Origin: Tubiluchus corallicola
Lineage: Eukaryota; Animalia; Priapulida
Assembly: GCA_030141605.1 (NCBI GenBank)
Contig: JAQGDQ010000017.1
Coordinates: forward strand, 620,001 to 684,000
Length of the DNA stretch: 64,000 nt
Direction: 5' to 3'
The stretch's first letter is position 1. Every line of letters begins with the position of its first letter. Under the pieces are notes generated by a model. The model was not told the origin of the DNA and searched no databases. It saw only the letters and a program-made list of their open reading frames with translations. The translations under genes were made by a program, and so were the position numbers. Positions 24,741 to 36,730 of this stretch are shown here, piece by piece.

Positions 24741-25227
24741 TTAAAGCAGAACCGCACCCAATGTTAAACTATAGGTCAAAACAACCTATTCTTTTAAATA
24801 TTGAAAGGAAACACACTATTTTCTCAAGAATGTTACATGCACCATCATTGTTGCATGCATTTCGGAAAGTGTTGCACAAAATAGGTGCTGTACCTTTCAG
24901 TTCAGATGTGTTAGTTTGTGATGAACTGCTCATATTCGACATTTAGATTTATGTTAAAACTTGGCGACTTTTAGTACAACACATTGAATCTCTTACAGTA
25001 ACACTGTACTTCAGTTTTCACGTTGGCATACATGTACTACATGGAATTTTTTGATTTTGAAAATTATGTTAGTTTGAGATGTTAGGCTCGCGCACTGTTA
25101 ATTAAGGTTTTAATCTATTATTCAATTATCAGAAATGTTTTTACAGTGTTATTGGTGTTGAAGTGTATGCTTTTTATCATACTTGAAAATGGTTCAGTAT
25201 ATGAAAAATCATCCTGTCTTCCTTCAA
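24741..25227 (+). mobile_element. TTAA-flanked (Kolobok-like) non-autonomous element; second copy at 38235-38851
   Basis: Both copies start TTAAAGCA and end TGTCTTCCTT(C/T)AA. Shared internal sequence AGGTGCTGTACCT..CAGATGTGTTAGTTT..GAAAATTATGTTAGTT..ACTTGAAAATGG. Confidence 0.65.
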
Positions 25228-26342
25228 GGCAGCATTTACCCAAGCTTTTCTGACTTTTTTGTGCTGTGCCAAGAGTACCAGTTCTAAGCTATGTAAAGCA
25301 ATAAATAATTTTAATACTCAAGCCAGGCGTAACAATGAAGTGAAGTAACAGTTTGAAAGTTTAGTTCAGCTGTTTTAAGTGTGTGTTATTGCTAAACTAA
25401 ATGTAAACATTTATGTTATATTATGTGCCTAGTACAATGCAGCTGTCCAAATTCAATAAATTAGTCACTGTGCGAAATATTTGCAACATTCAAAGCATTT
25501 AAGCAACCTAGGTTCTCATAACTGGTTGTTCTAAAGCTGTAGATTGAGGTTCTTGGCACTTGGGTGTTTTTATTGATTATTAATTATAATTACTGTTTGC
25601 AGATCAAGTAGTAACAAACAGCTTTTTTATAAACGTATATATATATATAATATTAAACATTTCCAAATCTAAATAAACAAACATAAAGCAAATCCAAATG
25701 AAGATTTGAACTAAAGCAATTGGAATATAAGTCAAGTATAAGGTGGTGGAACTTTGCAGTGTTTTAGTAGAACATACCTTGCAACTGAGGAGGGAGGAGT
25801 TTTATATCACATGAAATTAACAACCTGTACGAGTGTTTGACATGTGTAAAATTGGCGCAAAAAGTAGCGGAAACATTACTTGTGTCTAGTGGCACATTGT
25901 ACTTTAATTTGCGTCGCTATCGTTATCTTCTGTTTTTGCGTTTTTTTTCTGTGAATTGAGTCTTGTTTTGCAGTTTTTTAACCGAGTAGCTCTCCGAGTC
26001 GTTTTGTTCTTGAATGCACTATTTTGTCGTTTAGGTTGCAATATTTCTGATTGTGTGACTGTCTTAGAATTTTGTGGACCAATAAATCAGCTAAGGATTG
26101 CAACTGGTAGACAGCTGTTACTAACTCCTGTTTCTAAAATTCTCTAAAAACACAATTTCAGCATACCCACTGTATTAAAAAAAATGGCCTGTTCGTGAGC
26201 TAAATGCTAGCTAAATTCTGCAGTGAAAGTTATTGTATTTACAAAACACATTTTTTTTATCTTCATAACAATTTCACACAATTTATGGGTTTGTCAGAAG
26301 TTTTCAGAAGTTTAGTTTGACAGCTTGGAGCAGAACTATGTC

Positions 26343-29180
26343 TCATAAGTCATTTCTTTTCTGACTGGTAGCTCTTTGAGTCTTTTGGCCCAAGCCTTGT
26401 TTAGATTGTGACGTTTTAGATTGCTGTTTAGATGAATTTTGGGGAGTGTTTCGAGGCTTTGGTTTCTCTTTAGATTCCAGTCTCGGACTCGTTTGTTTCA
26501 AGTGTTTTTTTGATTGTGATATTGCAGACTGAGAGGTAGTTTTGGAGGTTTGTTGCTTTTGCATTGCCGTAGATTCAGCGGTAGTTGCCTGTGTGGTAGT
26601 TTCCAGCTGTGGTGACTTGGGTTCTTTTGATGTTAGTGGTTGTGCATGTTCATCAAGTTGCTGTGATTCTGTTTGTGTAACTGTTTCCAAGTTTGACTGC
26701 TTGAACTCTTGTTCAGATTTCAGCAGTTCTGGTGGTACATTTGCTTCTGAGTTTGGCACTCCGGTTTCCTTGGTTGATGACACTTCTGCTTGTATGGCTG
26801 CTTCCAACTTTGGTTCCATTAGCTTCTCTGCAGTGTTTGGCTTGCTTCTCTCTGCAGTTTCTAAGTTTGGTTGGTCAAACACTTTCTCAGATTCTAATGA
26901 TTCTGATAAACCTGCACTTTTTTCCACATTTTGTTTTTGAACATCCTCATTAACTTGTGATTTGCCCTGCGGTGTGACTGTTTCTGAGATTGGTTGCTTA
27001 GGTGCTTCATTAGTGTCTGATGGTTCTGTTTGTGTGATTGTTTCCAATGTTGCCTGGTCAAGTTCTTCAGTAGTCAGTTGCTCAACTCCTTCAGTAGTCG
27101 GTTGCTCAACTCCTTTAGTAGTCGATTGCTCTAGTCCTTCAGTAATCGGTTGTTCAAGTCCTTCAGTAGTTGGTTGCTCACTTCCTGCAGTTTCTGACTT
27201 TTCTGTCTGTATTGCTATTTCTGCATTTGTTTGCTCAGATACATTGACAGATTCTGATTCAGAACTTGACCCTGAGCTTAGCGAATCTTGCGTACTTTGA
27301 TGTTTTTCAGAGGTCAACACCGTTTCCGAACTTAGACATGGAATCACAATGTCTTTCATGGATTGCGTTAATGCTATGGATTGATTTTCTGCTAATTCGG
27401 TCTGTGCACCTGCATCAGACGAGACGCGTCCATGCGCTTGTGGCAAAGGATGTACGGTAACATTATTTGGTATCCTTGACCTGAATATAAATGCTATGAT
27501 AGAAATAATAACTATTGCAATAATTCCGCCTGATATTCCGAGTGCAGCAGCACTTTTGTTACGGAATGGATCTTGGTTGGGTGCCAATGTGATATTTGAG
27601 ACGGAGGTTGTGAAAACTGACTTTCTAGTAAGTGTGGTTGTAGACTTTGCCGTTGTCATCTCTGTTGTTGGTTTTGATGTTGTTGTCGATGTCGATGTCG
27701 TCGGCGTCGTTGAAGTGCAAGGTACAAAGGTTGATAGGTCAGCATTTGGCTTCCATGGTTCGTCGCAATCTATTACTGACTCTTTCCAACTTTCGGCTTT
27801 TGACCATCTTAGACGACAGTCACAGTAGAGTTTGTTGCCTAAAAGTGGCACAAAACGGTCAAATTAACGTATCTCATGTATTTGCCAGTACTATCGACAT
27901 AATTAATGCAATTAAACCTTGCCAATAAGTGTAATTCATGCCGTATTGGCGTGCCAAAGCTAAAGGTGCGATAGGGTAATCCTTTTGCTTAAAAATAAGG
28001 TAAAGATCAAATATGCATAGATAGATGGCATAAACCCGTAATTAATTTAATTTTGAAACCAAACTGGAAATAGGAGACAGTCGGGACATGGCCTGTATTG
28101 TTACTGTGTTCCAACTTTTTCACATTTTATTTCTTCTGACATAGTTACATTTGCTTGTTCACATAGCTACAGTAGCCTGTTCACACGGCTACAATTATCT
28201 GTTCACACTTTTTTGCAAGGTTTGCCAATCCTTGTTGACATTGGAGAGCCTTTCTCTAGTTTGTAGTGAAAGTTTCGATGATACCAGAAGGTGCGTATTG
28301 CTTCTTCAGAAACTTCAATAACTTAATGACAATTCTTCTTATGGTAAAATAACTGAGAACTGACATATATATATATATAGTACATGTCTGTTGTTTCTAC
28401 GTAACACCTTAGTTCACATAACTGCATGGAATGGAAATCTGGGATGCGAGTCCCAGTGGGGTGTAATTTTTTGGACTTTCTAACTGAGTGAACACTTAGC
28501 TAACCCAAAAACTAGGTCATCTTTTGCGCGCTCTACCTACCAAGACATTTCACTACAGTGATATTTTTTTATTTTATTACTTTTTACTTTCACTTGCCTG
28601 TCAAATGTATCTTCACCTCTTGAACCCTAAGACCAGCATGCAAAATTGGCTCGTTCATTCTCACTAAACCACTGTCTTTTACAATGAGTTTTTTAAATTT
28701 TTCATTATACGAAAGATCAAGAGCTAACTCTTTCAAATTACTGTTGCCAGAAAATTCTATTGTTCTAACACTTTTCACTTTACTAAAAGCTTCATTGTGA
28801 ACTTCATTAAGTGTTGTACAGTTTGTTATTATAATCTTTCCAATGACGTTGCAGTGAATATCATTTTTATCAATACTCTGTATGTTCTTGCCAGATATAA
28901 TCAAGCTATGGTCAATAGTTATTCCTTGGAGAAATCTGCTTGGCAACCTGGAGCTCAAGTAACCAATGAGGGAAAACGTTGGTATTTGGCGCATGCCGTT
29001 AGCAATCATCTGGTCAATGCTTGTTCTTAATGATCGTCCTTCAGTCTTTGTGCAGATAATGTGACAGTACGTATTACTGTTCGTTTCTGGGTAGGTAGTA
29101 CAGTGTGGCACTTTCAAACAATCTTGCGAATTGAAAGAAGCAAAGATTCCTGGTAAAAGACACCAAGCAAACCACTCCAT
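26343..29180 (-). CDS. LRR-domain single-pass membrane protein with Ser/Thr stalk and long low-complexity tail, 692 aa; exons 28598-29180 and 26343-27838
   Basis: Signal-like MEWFAWCLLPGIFA, Cys-rich N-cap, LRR-like repeats (LIISGKNIQSI, IEFSGNSNLKEL). The spliced junction gives the LRRCT motif IHLTGNKLYCDCRLRW. Thr-rich stalk, then TM AAALGISGGIIAIVIISIIAFIF. The intron is GC-AG (AG|GCAAGT). 2079 nt in frame. Confidence 0.85.
27058..27180 (-). repeat. 24-bp coding tandem repeat (EQPTTEGL-like, x5)
   Basis: Five copies of TCAA(G/C)TCCTTCAGTAGTCGGTTGC-like units. Confidence 0.9.
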
Positions 29181-31056
29181 CTTCGTGCGTCTGAAAATCA
29201 CTAGGAAATTGTGCGTCGTGTATGGGATTTCTCCCTCTCCTAATTTCTCCTCTTCCTCACTCACTTTTTATCTTTTTCTCTCTCACACTCTTTTTCTTGC
29301 TCGCTTGTTCTGAATATCATTTTCATGCTCCCACAGTCCTTTCTTTAATTTTTGTTGTTCCGAAAAGGAAAATTTTCATAATATGCGGCTCCTTTTTAGA
29401 AATGATGCACAACCATTCTCAACAAACAATGTTAAGCAGGCTACGAAAAAGTACGTAGTTAATCAGAGACAGTAACAGATTTTGTTTCTTGCACTGCATT
29501 CTTTTAATATTACGCTATTGTAAGAATCCTAGAATACTGATCGGAAAATTCTTTGTGACGTAGCGTACGTAGGGCATTAAAAAGTTTGAGAATAATAACC
29601 TATAATAAAGGCGGTCTCTAAATTCTCACAGTGATTTTAACAATGCTTTCTTACCTGACGTTCGCTTTATTAAAGAGAAATCAATTTCCGGATTTGTGAT
29701 AATGAATTCCACGTACCTATTCTTGCCGTGCTTTAGTTTAAGAGTGCGCAAAGAGTTGCAATGAAAATTATTACTTCGAATTGACATTTCGCACCATTTA
29801 ATTTTGTTTAATTTACGAGCGCCGCGCCAAGAGATTCAGTCACGTTTATATGGAGAGGGCTTGAGCCCATATACCAAGAGTGGCATTTTAGTCAAAATTC
29901 AAAAAACCATGCTGTATAGCGATGTATTTTATTTTTTTATTTTGACAGCTATATTATACATTTTGATTATATATATACATGCAATAACACATTAGTATAA
30001 AACAATCTTATTCAATACAAAGTGGTCTAGTTTATTTATTTTTAAACTAATTATCACAGTATTGCAATATAGGTAGGCCCCTATTTAAGGTTCACGTTGC
30101 AAGGTTCTTAATTACTTATTATCTAACGAAGTTGATCAAGAAACGAACTGTACGTTAAAAATTTTTAACACAATGTGCCAATGAAATTACAGGCTTGTAT
30201 ATTTCAGCGCCTGTTACGAAATATATTTATATCACATTAATTGCTGTATGTATTGTATATTTACAAGTAGAAAGTATTTCGCTGAACTTGAATTACTATT
30301 CCGTTTGTGGAATCGAATAGAATAGGTGGTTCCACCGACTGTCAAATTAACTTATTTGCGCAAGAAAACTTCCACTTGCTTGACTAAAGCTTAAAAATTC
30401 GTCTTGAAATTTTATACTGCTTACATACTGTCTTTTTGCATGCAGGGCTTGCATCGGCAGTAACGCTGTATAAAACATGTACATTCACATTCAAATCCTG
30501 CAATGACCGTTAGGCGCAGCCAATTTAATGGTAGGTCGTTTGATACAAGTTTAGATAACATCGCATGAAGTTTGAAAAAATAATCAGAGCATTCGTAGGC
30601 TCGTAGCACACATGTTACTAACTAAGATTTTAAATAACTGTATCTTGTCAATAAGACAAAAAATGTTTTTGGTTAGTGAGAGGCGCACCCTGGAGGGTGA
30701 GCGGCGACATTTTACGAATTGGCACGAACATTTTGAGTTATTGGTTCTAGTAACTCTTTGCAGCAGATAAGCGGAACGCTAAGTAATATACATTTGCATG
30801 GAAAGTTTTTCGGGCGTAATTCAACATTACATTTTCTTCTTTTCATTTATGTTTGCGTGCGTGACGTCATGTAATGGCGCCGTCGAAACAATATCACAGG
30901 AGATTTATAAATGAAAACAAACGAAAATTCCGTTTAACGCGAGTACGATATATGCATAAAATTGCTGTAAAGTAGTCTAATTTTTTTAAGGCGAATTTTC
31001 TGAGACCTACTTCATGTACCCCTTTCCTTTAAATTTTACTCAGTAGCCATATTATC

Positions 31057-31179
31057 CATATATACATACATATATAGCAATTTTACATAGTGGTAATTAT
31101 ATATATATATATATGTAAGTATATATATTAATATACAATTAATATTAATATCTATCTATATATATATATATACATATAT
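31057..31179. repeat. (TA)n-rich low-complexity tract
   Basis: Interrupted TA dinucleotide runs. Confidence 0.85.
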
Positions 31180-31217
31180 GTTAATGGTTTATGATCACAG
31201 TCATCTCTCTCGTTTTA

Positions 31218-32492
31218 TCACGTTTCCCATTCTTCATCACTCGCCATGTGTGTGATCCCCTCCGAATCAGAACCGTCATTTTCGCTGATGGTCTGCATGT
31301 ACATCTGTGAAGGAGAGAGATGGGCACTTCGACGTCGATCTGGACCAGTTAGGTCATATTGCTGGGGAAACCAGTTGTGGTTTTTGTTCGGAGCAGTGAT
31401 GTTGGCCTTGTTAACGTCCACACGGTGACTACGTTGGCTGAGGCGTATCTCTGGCAAGTTTGCCTTGTTGATGCTGTTATGAATCGCTTCTTTGGACTTT
31501 TCGTTGGCGTCCAACTCACAGCCGTGTATCTCCCATCCTGCAAAATGATTTATGAGAGGCAAATGGGAAAAGTAAAGTTTAATTAATGTACCACTTTTAC
31601 TTCGACGCAATACTGTTCCAGCTCGACACGAAATAGTTGCATTTAGATGAAGGTGCGGGTCCGATCGTCTGCTTAGCCGACTGAAGGATAAGGCCTACCT
31701 TATGAAAATTAATTATTCAACTGACAGGAAACTTATAACTTATTGCGCTTTAGCAGCAACACCTTTTCCCATGAAAGTGGAAAATGTCTCTGGTTGGATC
31801 ACCATTATAATAACATAAACAAGAGCAATATTCATAGGGAGGATTGCAAAAAACCAAAAATCTGGAGTCAATTAGAAAAAACGACTAAATTCTGTTATTT
31901 GAAAACATTGGTGCTACTTATAATACATAGTTACCAATATCTTAGTGCAGTATAATTTAAAAATTACATAAAATATATGTACGTGAAAACATGATTATTC
32001 TTACATAAACAAATACATTACATAACTGTCTGAACAGACCTGTACGGGCTGTTCACTCAGCCCGGATGTGAAGGAACCTATGTCTCATGCTAGCTATCCA
32101 GTTTAAATAAAGATTTTATCTTATCCTATCCTATCTTACAACAATAAGAGGTATATGTGATCAGTAGTGCTTTTGCCTTCGCAATAATTATAGGGGTTTG
32201 AAGCCAGAAGATCGTCGCAAGACATGTAGATATAAAGTGGGAATACCGTGAGCAAATAAAAAGCGGCAATACAAAAAACTGCAGCTATGTTAGAGTTTTT
32301 CTTTTTCCTCCTTACAAATTTGTGGATTTTATGGTGTGAAATTATACACTTACGATCTGGATAATTAGCACTTTTCGTCATCACATGACGTAGCTTCGTC
32401 ATGTCGTATTTCTGACTTGATTTCCACAACCACCAACGGTTATCTTTTTTGCACAAGTCAGCAGGCAAGGGTTTCATAACTCCTTGTGCCAT
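31218..32492 (-). CDS. Uncharacterised small membrane-protein gene, about 261 aa; tentative exons 32354-32492, 32140-32278, 31763-31861, 31592-31680, 31218-31537
   Basis: GT-AG sites give a phase-consistent 786-nt CDS that links ORF 32136-32492 to ORF 31218-31610. Hydrophobic segment FCIAAFYLLTVFPLYIYM. No recognisable family. One donor (GTGTTG) is weak. Confidence 0.5.
32022..32138 (+). mobile_element. Short 3' end of a retroposon with hairpin and (TATCY)n tail
   Basis: Hairpin TGAACAG..CTGTTCA, then AAATAAAG followed by TTATCTTATCCTATCCTATCTTA. Confidence 0.45.
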
Positions 32493-32710
32493 GTTTGAAG
32501 CTAAAAATTGTAATTCTGATTTACAAAACTTAACTTATGTCAAGAAATTCGCACGGATAGTCAAGTATTAAGTATAGCTAACCTTTCAAATTTTTTTTCT
32601 ATTTAACATAGACAATAGAAAATATAGGCTTATGGTTTGGAGTTCTATAATAACTTCTGACAATGTCATTCTAGAACGTTCTTTTCGTGAACATTAAAAA
32701 TTATGGAAGG

Positions 32711-32848
32711 AGTTTACAATTGCCACACAATTTAAATACCCTAACCCTAACCTTAGCCCTAACCCTAATCCTAGCGCTAATCCCAATCCTTACCCTAATT
32801 CTAATCCGTTTCGCGAACTAATTTCTTGTGTGTGTGGAATTATAAACT
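32711..32848. repeat. Degenerate (CCCTAA)n telomere-like array (32739-32807) inside short inverted repeats
   Basis: About 11 hexamers (CCCTAA CCCTAA CCTTAG CCCTAA CCCTAA TCCTAG...). Flanks AGTTTACAATTGCCACACA and TGTGTGGAATTATAAACT are inverted copies. Confidence 0.8.
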
Positions 32849-33316
32849 TTAGCTAAAATTATTTATAATTAGCGCCATAAAAGCCAGTAAAAGAGATTAT
32901 TAAAATATTATTTAGCAACTCATGTACAAATATTTACAGTATTTATTCTTACTTGCTATTTCAGATGTCCTTCCGTCGAATCGCTTTTTACTGCTGTTCA
33001 ATCTTCACATGATCCTTCTGCTCGTTGCCTTCTTTACCAGGATCAAATATTCTCTTTCTTGTTTTATTTATTCAGTTTTGCAGATGCACTTATTTAAAGG
33101 ATAGAAACGTGTATTATAACAATTTTATCATTATGGATGTTTACCACAATGTTTATCGCAATTCTTGAACTTTTGAGCACAAATATTTCTTATGATATTG
33201 TATTCAGCCCAGTTTCGAAAAGGATCCTTTTTATCGTGTTGCAACTATGTAAATCAACGTTGCAGAAGTATTCGCGGCTTATTATGTTTAAAGAAAGTAG
33301 TAAGCTAGGACTAGGT

Positions 33317-33388
33317 GGCTGAAGTGAGACCAACCCTGGAGGCACCCTCCGGTACGGCTGATCCAGGAATTCCTGGGAACTAAGCCGG
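33317..33388 (+). ncRNA. Degenerate HDV-like ribozyme motif
   Basis: Manual fold: P1 GGCTGA/ACGGCT, P2 GGC/GCC, P3 ACC/GGT, P1.1 TC/GA, P4 TCCAGG-AATT-CCTGGG, J4/2 C-TAA. L3 is only 4 nt. Confidence 0.4.
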
Positions 33389-33984
33389 CAAGTTTTGCAA
33401 AAAGTGTGTTAGACTAAGTTGAGTCAGTCATAACAACTTGGGCATATTAATAAAAGTAGTATAGAGAACGAGAGTCAAAAGTAATACCTCCTTTGCATAT
33501 TTATTTCACTTGGTAAACGCGTTATAATAATTGTAAAGTACGTTATATGCAAACTATATTTTTAATAAAACTGAATGAAAAGCATAATAATTTTAGTGAC
33601 TTGAAGAACTCATTCTGTATGAGACAAATAGTGACAGTTTTCGTCGTAAAAAACGTTCTTTGATTTTTATAGTTTAATTGATAATAATTTTTTGTTGCAC
33701 ACATATGGCAGAATTTGTAGGTTAACTAAAACAGTCATGTGTAGTAGGCCTGATTGAATTGGCTTAAAAATACTTAAGAGAAAAGTATTACAATTTTCAT
33801 TTTTCAAACTGATAATATAATTAATTATTTTGTAATGACAATAGCTCACAACCATAACCATTACTTAACTTTGCAATGATAATGGACATTGCCTGGTATA
33901 TGCATGGTTTTGATTACCGATCAATAAAACCATCATTGAATCAATTTTGTGTTAATTGAGTATGAGGTCAATTTACAAGTTTTA

Positions 33985-34102
33985 GTTGACTGACTGATTT
34001 AATGACCGACTAACTGGCTAACTGACTGACTAACTGATTGATTATCTGACTGAGTGAGCAAGTGTTGACCGACCGACCAACTAACTGATGACTGACAGAC
34101 TA
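33985..34102. repeat. Degenerate (GACT)n tetranucleotide repeat
   Basis: Runs of GACT/AACT/GACC units. Confidence 0.85.
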
Positions 34103-35649
34103 GTGATTATATATAATATTTACGTGTAATTGAATTGGCATTTCATGTCAAATTTTTACATCTACATAACATACAATAAGTTATACGTTTCACACAAACT
34201 AACCTGCTAATTTATTAGTAGGTCTTGCTCATAGTTTAGCTTAGCATGTGATGTTTTCTCACTTATGAATTGTATAGTTAGCACTGAGAAGTTTTAGCGC
34301 ACTTAATTAGCAACGTTTAGCATAGCTAGCATGCTTTAGCGATAGTTTTCTCCATCTGAATAATTAGCTATCAGATTTTAGCGCTCTTAGCGGCTTTCAG
34401 CGTGGTTCACATTACTCATCTTACTCAGGCTGTAGCATATTAAGGGTATATTCAAAAAGGGTAAATACAACTGTTCATGCTGTTAGTGCAGATAGCATTG
34501 ATATTGCTGTTTGAAAAGAATAACAGAATTTCAATCTAGCTTGGTTGAACACCCGCTCATCCGATAAATTGGTATCAAGAATCGAGATTAAATATGTCGT
34601 AAATGTGCATTCAGACTAATGAGTTTTCCTGCCAATTACGTAACTTGCAAGAATGGTCAGACTAGAAAGCAAAACTTGATGTGAGCTACTTTCTGACAAT
34701 GAGCATGAGATGACGCTCGATCCCTTCTCTGTTCAACTGCGAGAAGTGTCAAGAATAACTCTTTGAGACATTCGTTCTGATAGTGTGTGCTTAGTGCATC
34801 AAGAGAGCAAAAGTGCATCACTATACGAGAAGTGTCAAGAATACCTCTCCGATGCATTCTCCATAAATAGTAGGTTGCAGGAAATCAACTCGAACCAGCT
34901 GTGAGAGAGTTTGCAATGGGATAGTAACTCGCAAAGCAGTTCACACTTACGAGTATGCTGTGGGAAAGAAAATTCGTGAAAGTACTCACAAGTCATGACT
35001 CCCAAGTAGAGGTGAGCATCGAACGATCGAATTCGATTCGAACGAGTTTTTTAGTTAGAGTTCGATTCGAACCTAAAATCATAAAATCGAAATAATTCAG
35101 CACTTCAGCCACATGTGTTTTTTACAATTAAAATGTTTGAAAAAGCATGCAATTAGCACAATTTAGCTGGAGTTTTATGCAAAATTGTTAACAAACTAAC
35201 AGTGTTTTTACTGCAGAACAAAATCAAGTAATATGCCTGATCTTTGTAATGTCACTTTTACTAGTGGCTCGAAAACTTGTTCAAAAGTTTTTCAAACGAA
35301 TTCGAAAACGATTTCGACTCGAATTCGCTTTCTGGTTGACAATACTCACGAGACTGATCGAGCCGAAACTCCGTAAGGCCAGCGAGCGGTCGTGAAGATA
35401 AACCAAAATGACTCAGCCTCAAGATCAACAAACGAATGTGAATCAAAATCAGCTGAGTGCCATTATTATTGTGCTGCACTCAACTTGTTACAGTACTTGT
35501 TGAAGTTTAGTCACTTTAGCGTTTTAATTTAAATACGTTCAACTTGTATCTACAAGAGTGTTGTATCTACAACATAAGTTTGTAGATTTATGATTAAAGG
35601 CTTGAGATTTTTATAAAAACGACACTTGTTAGATCTGATGAAAAGAGCA

Positions 35650-36730
35650 TAATTTTTTTATATAATTCCAACTGCCAGCCTCCAACATAAGGACTACTAA
35701 TGCTACAGTTAGGCCTCGATGCTCCGCACCTTGATTAGGTTATCCGGACTTTTTCGATCTCTCATTATCAGAGCCGGATAAGCGGTTTCACATTGGCCTG
35801 TCTTCCAGTCTGGAAAGCACTGTTCTAGTCTAAGTAGAAGCCTAATAACTAATGTAGTTTGTAATGTTGTCTTCTTTTTTGTGACTCAAAATTTGTCCCC
35901 AACATCTTTCTTACTTTTAGGGCTTGGTTCTGACATTTGCTTCCCTCAGTTTATCTCTTATCAACATACACATCATCAATTGCATCATTACTTGCACCCA
36001 TTCTTTCATTCAGTTTTTCACATGTTAATAAATGTTCTATAGTGTCTTCACTGTTTCTACATAATGAGTATTTGACATCTACTTTAAACTTATTTTTATG
36101 ATTTGCTTTAACTTTGGCCATATAGTTAATTTTGTTAACTGTTTTTTTCTGCACATTCCACAACATATTTCATTGGATTACCCCGTTGTTCTGCTCTATT
36201 ACTTCAAAGTCACAATTTTGTTTAGCTTCTAATTCTTAACGCACCTTCATTTTCCAAGTACTGATTTATCGCACATTTAATTTGATTTTTCCACAATGAT
36301 TTCCTTTTATTACCTAATAACTCATCACTTACATCTCAACTATATTTGTTCGTTATTTCTTCCATACTTTCATACGTGCCACCTTTAACAGTTGTTTGTG
36401 CAATGCTTTTTAATATTTTACGTGCATCTCTGCCCCCATTAGAATTCGTTAATGTTCTCAACCACACTAATTTTTTTATAATGAAACCTTTGTTCAAGGC
36501 GCCAAATTCCAAGTACTAACAGTAAGCCCCAATAACTAGTAATTCTTTGATTTACTATTTCACATAGTAGGTTTTTCTGTCACTTTTCTATTTGCTTCCA
36601 CTGAGTTTTGTTTAACTCAGCCCATGTTTCTGGGTTGAACACAATGAATGGTAATATGACTGACTTGTATAATAATAGCTTCATTTTCATATATCCGAAA
36701 CCAGCCTCATTTGAACTACTCTAGTTTGCT
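35650..36730 (-). mobile_element. Degenerate non-LTR retrotransposon 3' fragment
   Basis: Minus-strand peptides LLLYKSVILPFIVFNPETWAEL..QIEK and a C-terminal zinc-knuckle-like KVKANHKN..LCRNSEDTIEHLLTC, followed by a structured 3' region. Confidence 0.65.

Noticed and set aside
26542-27928. Plus-strand ORFs overlapping the LRR gene
   Set aside because: They are antisense shadows of low-complexity coding sequence.
28190-28360. Extra LRR exon inside the GC-AG intron
   Set aside because: All frames hit stops, and the flanking exons already join in phase.
32953-33080. Upstream coding exon for the gene at 31218-32492
   Set aside because: All three frames have stops near the donor and no usable ATG; at most it is a 5' UTR exon.
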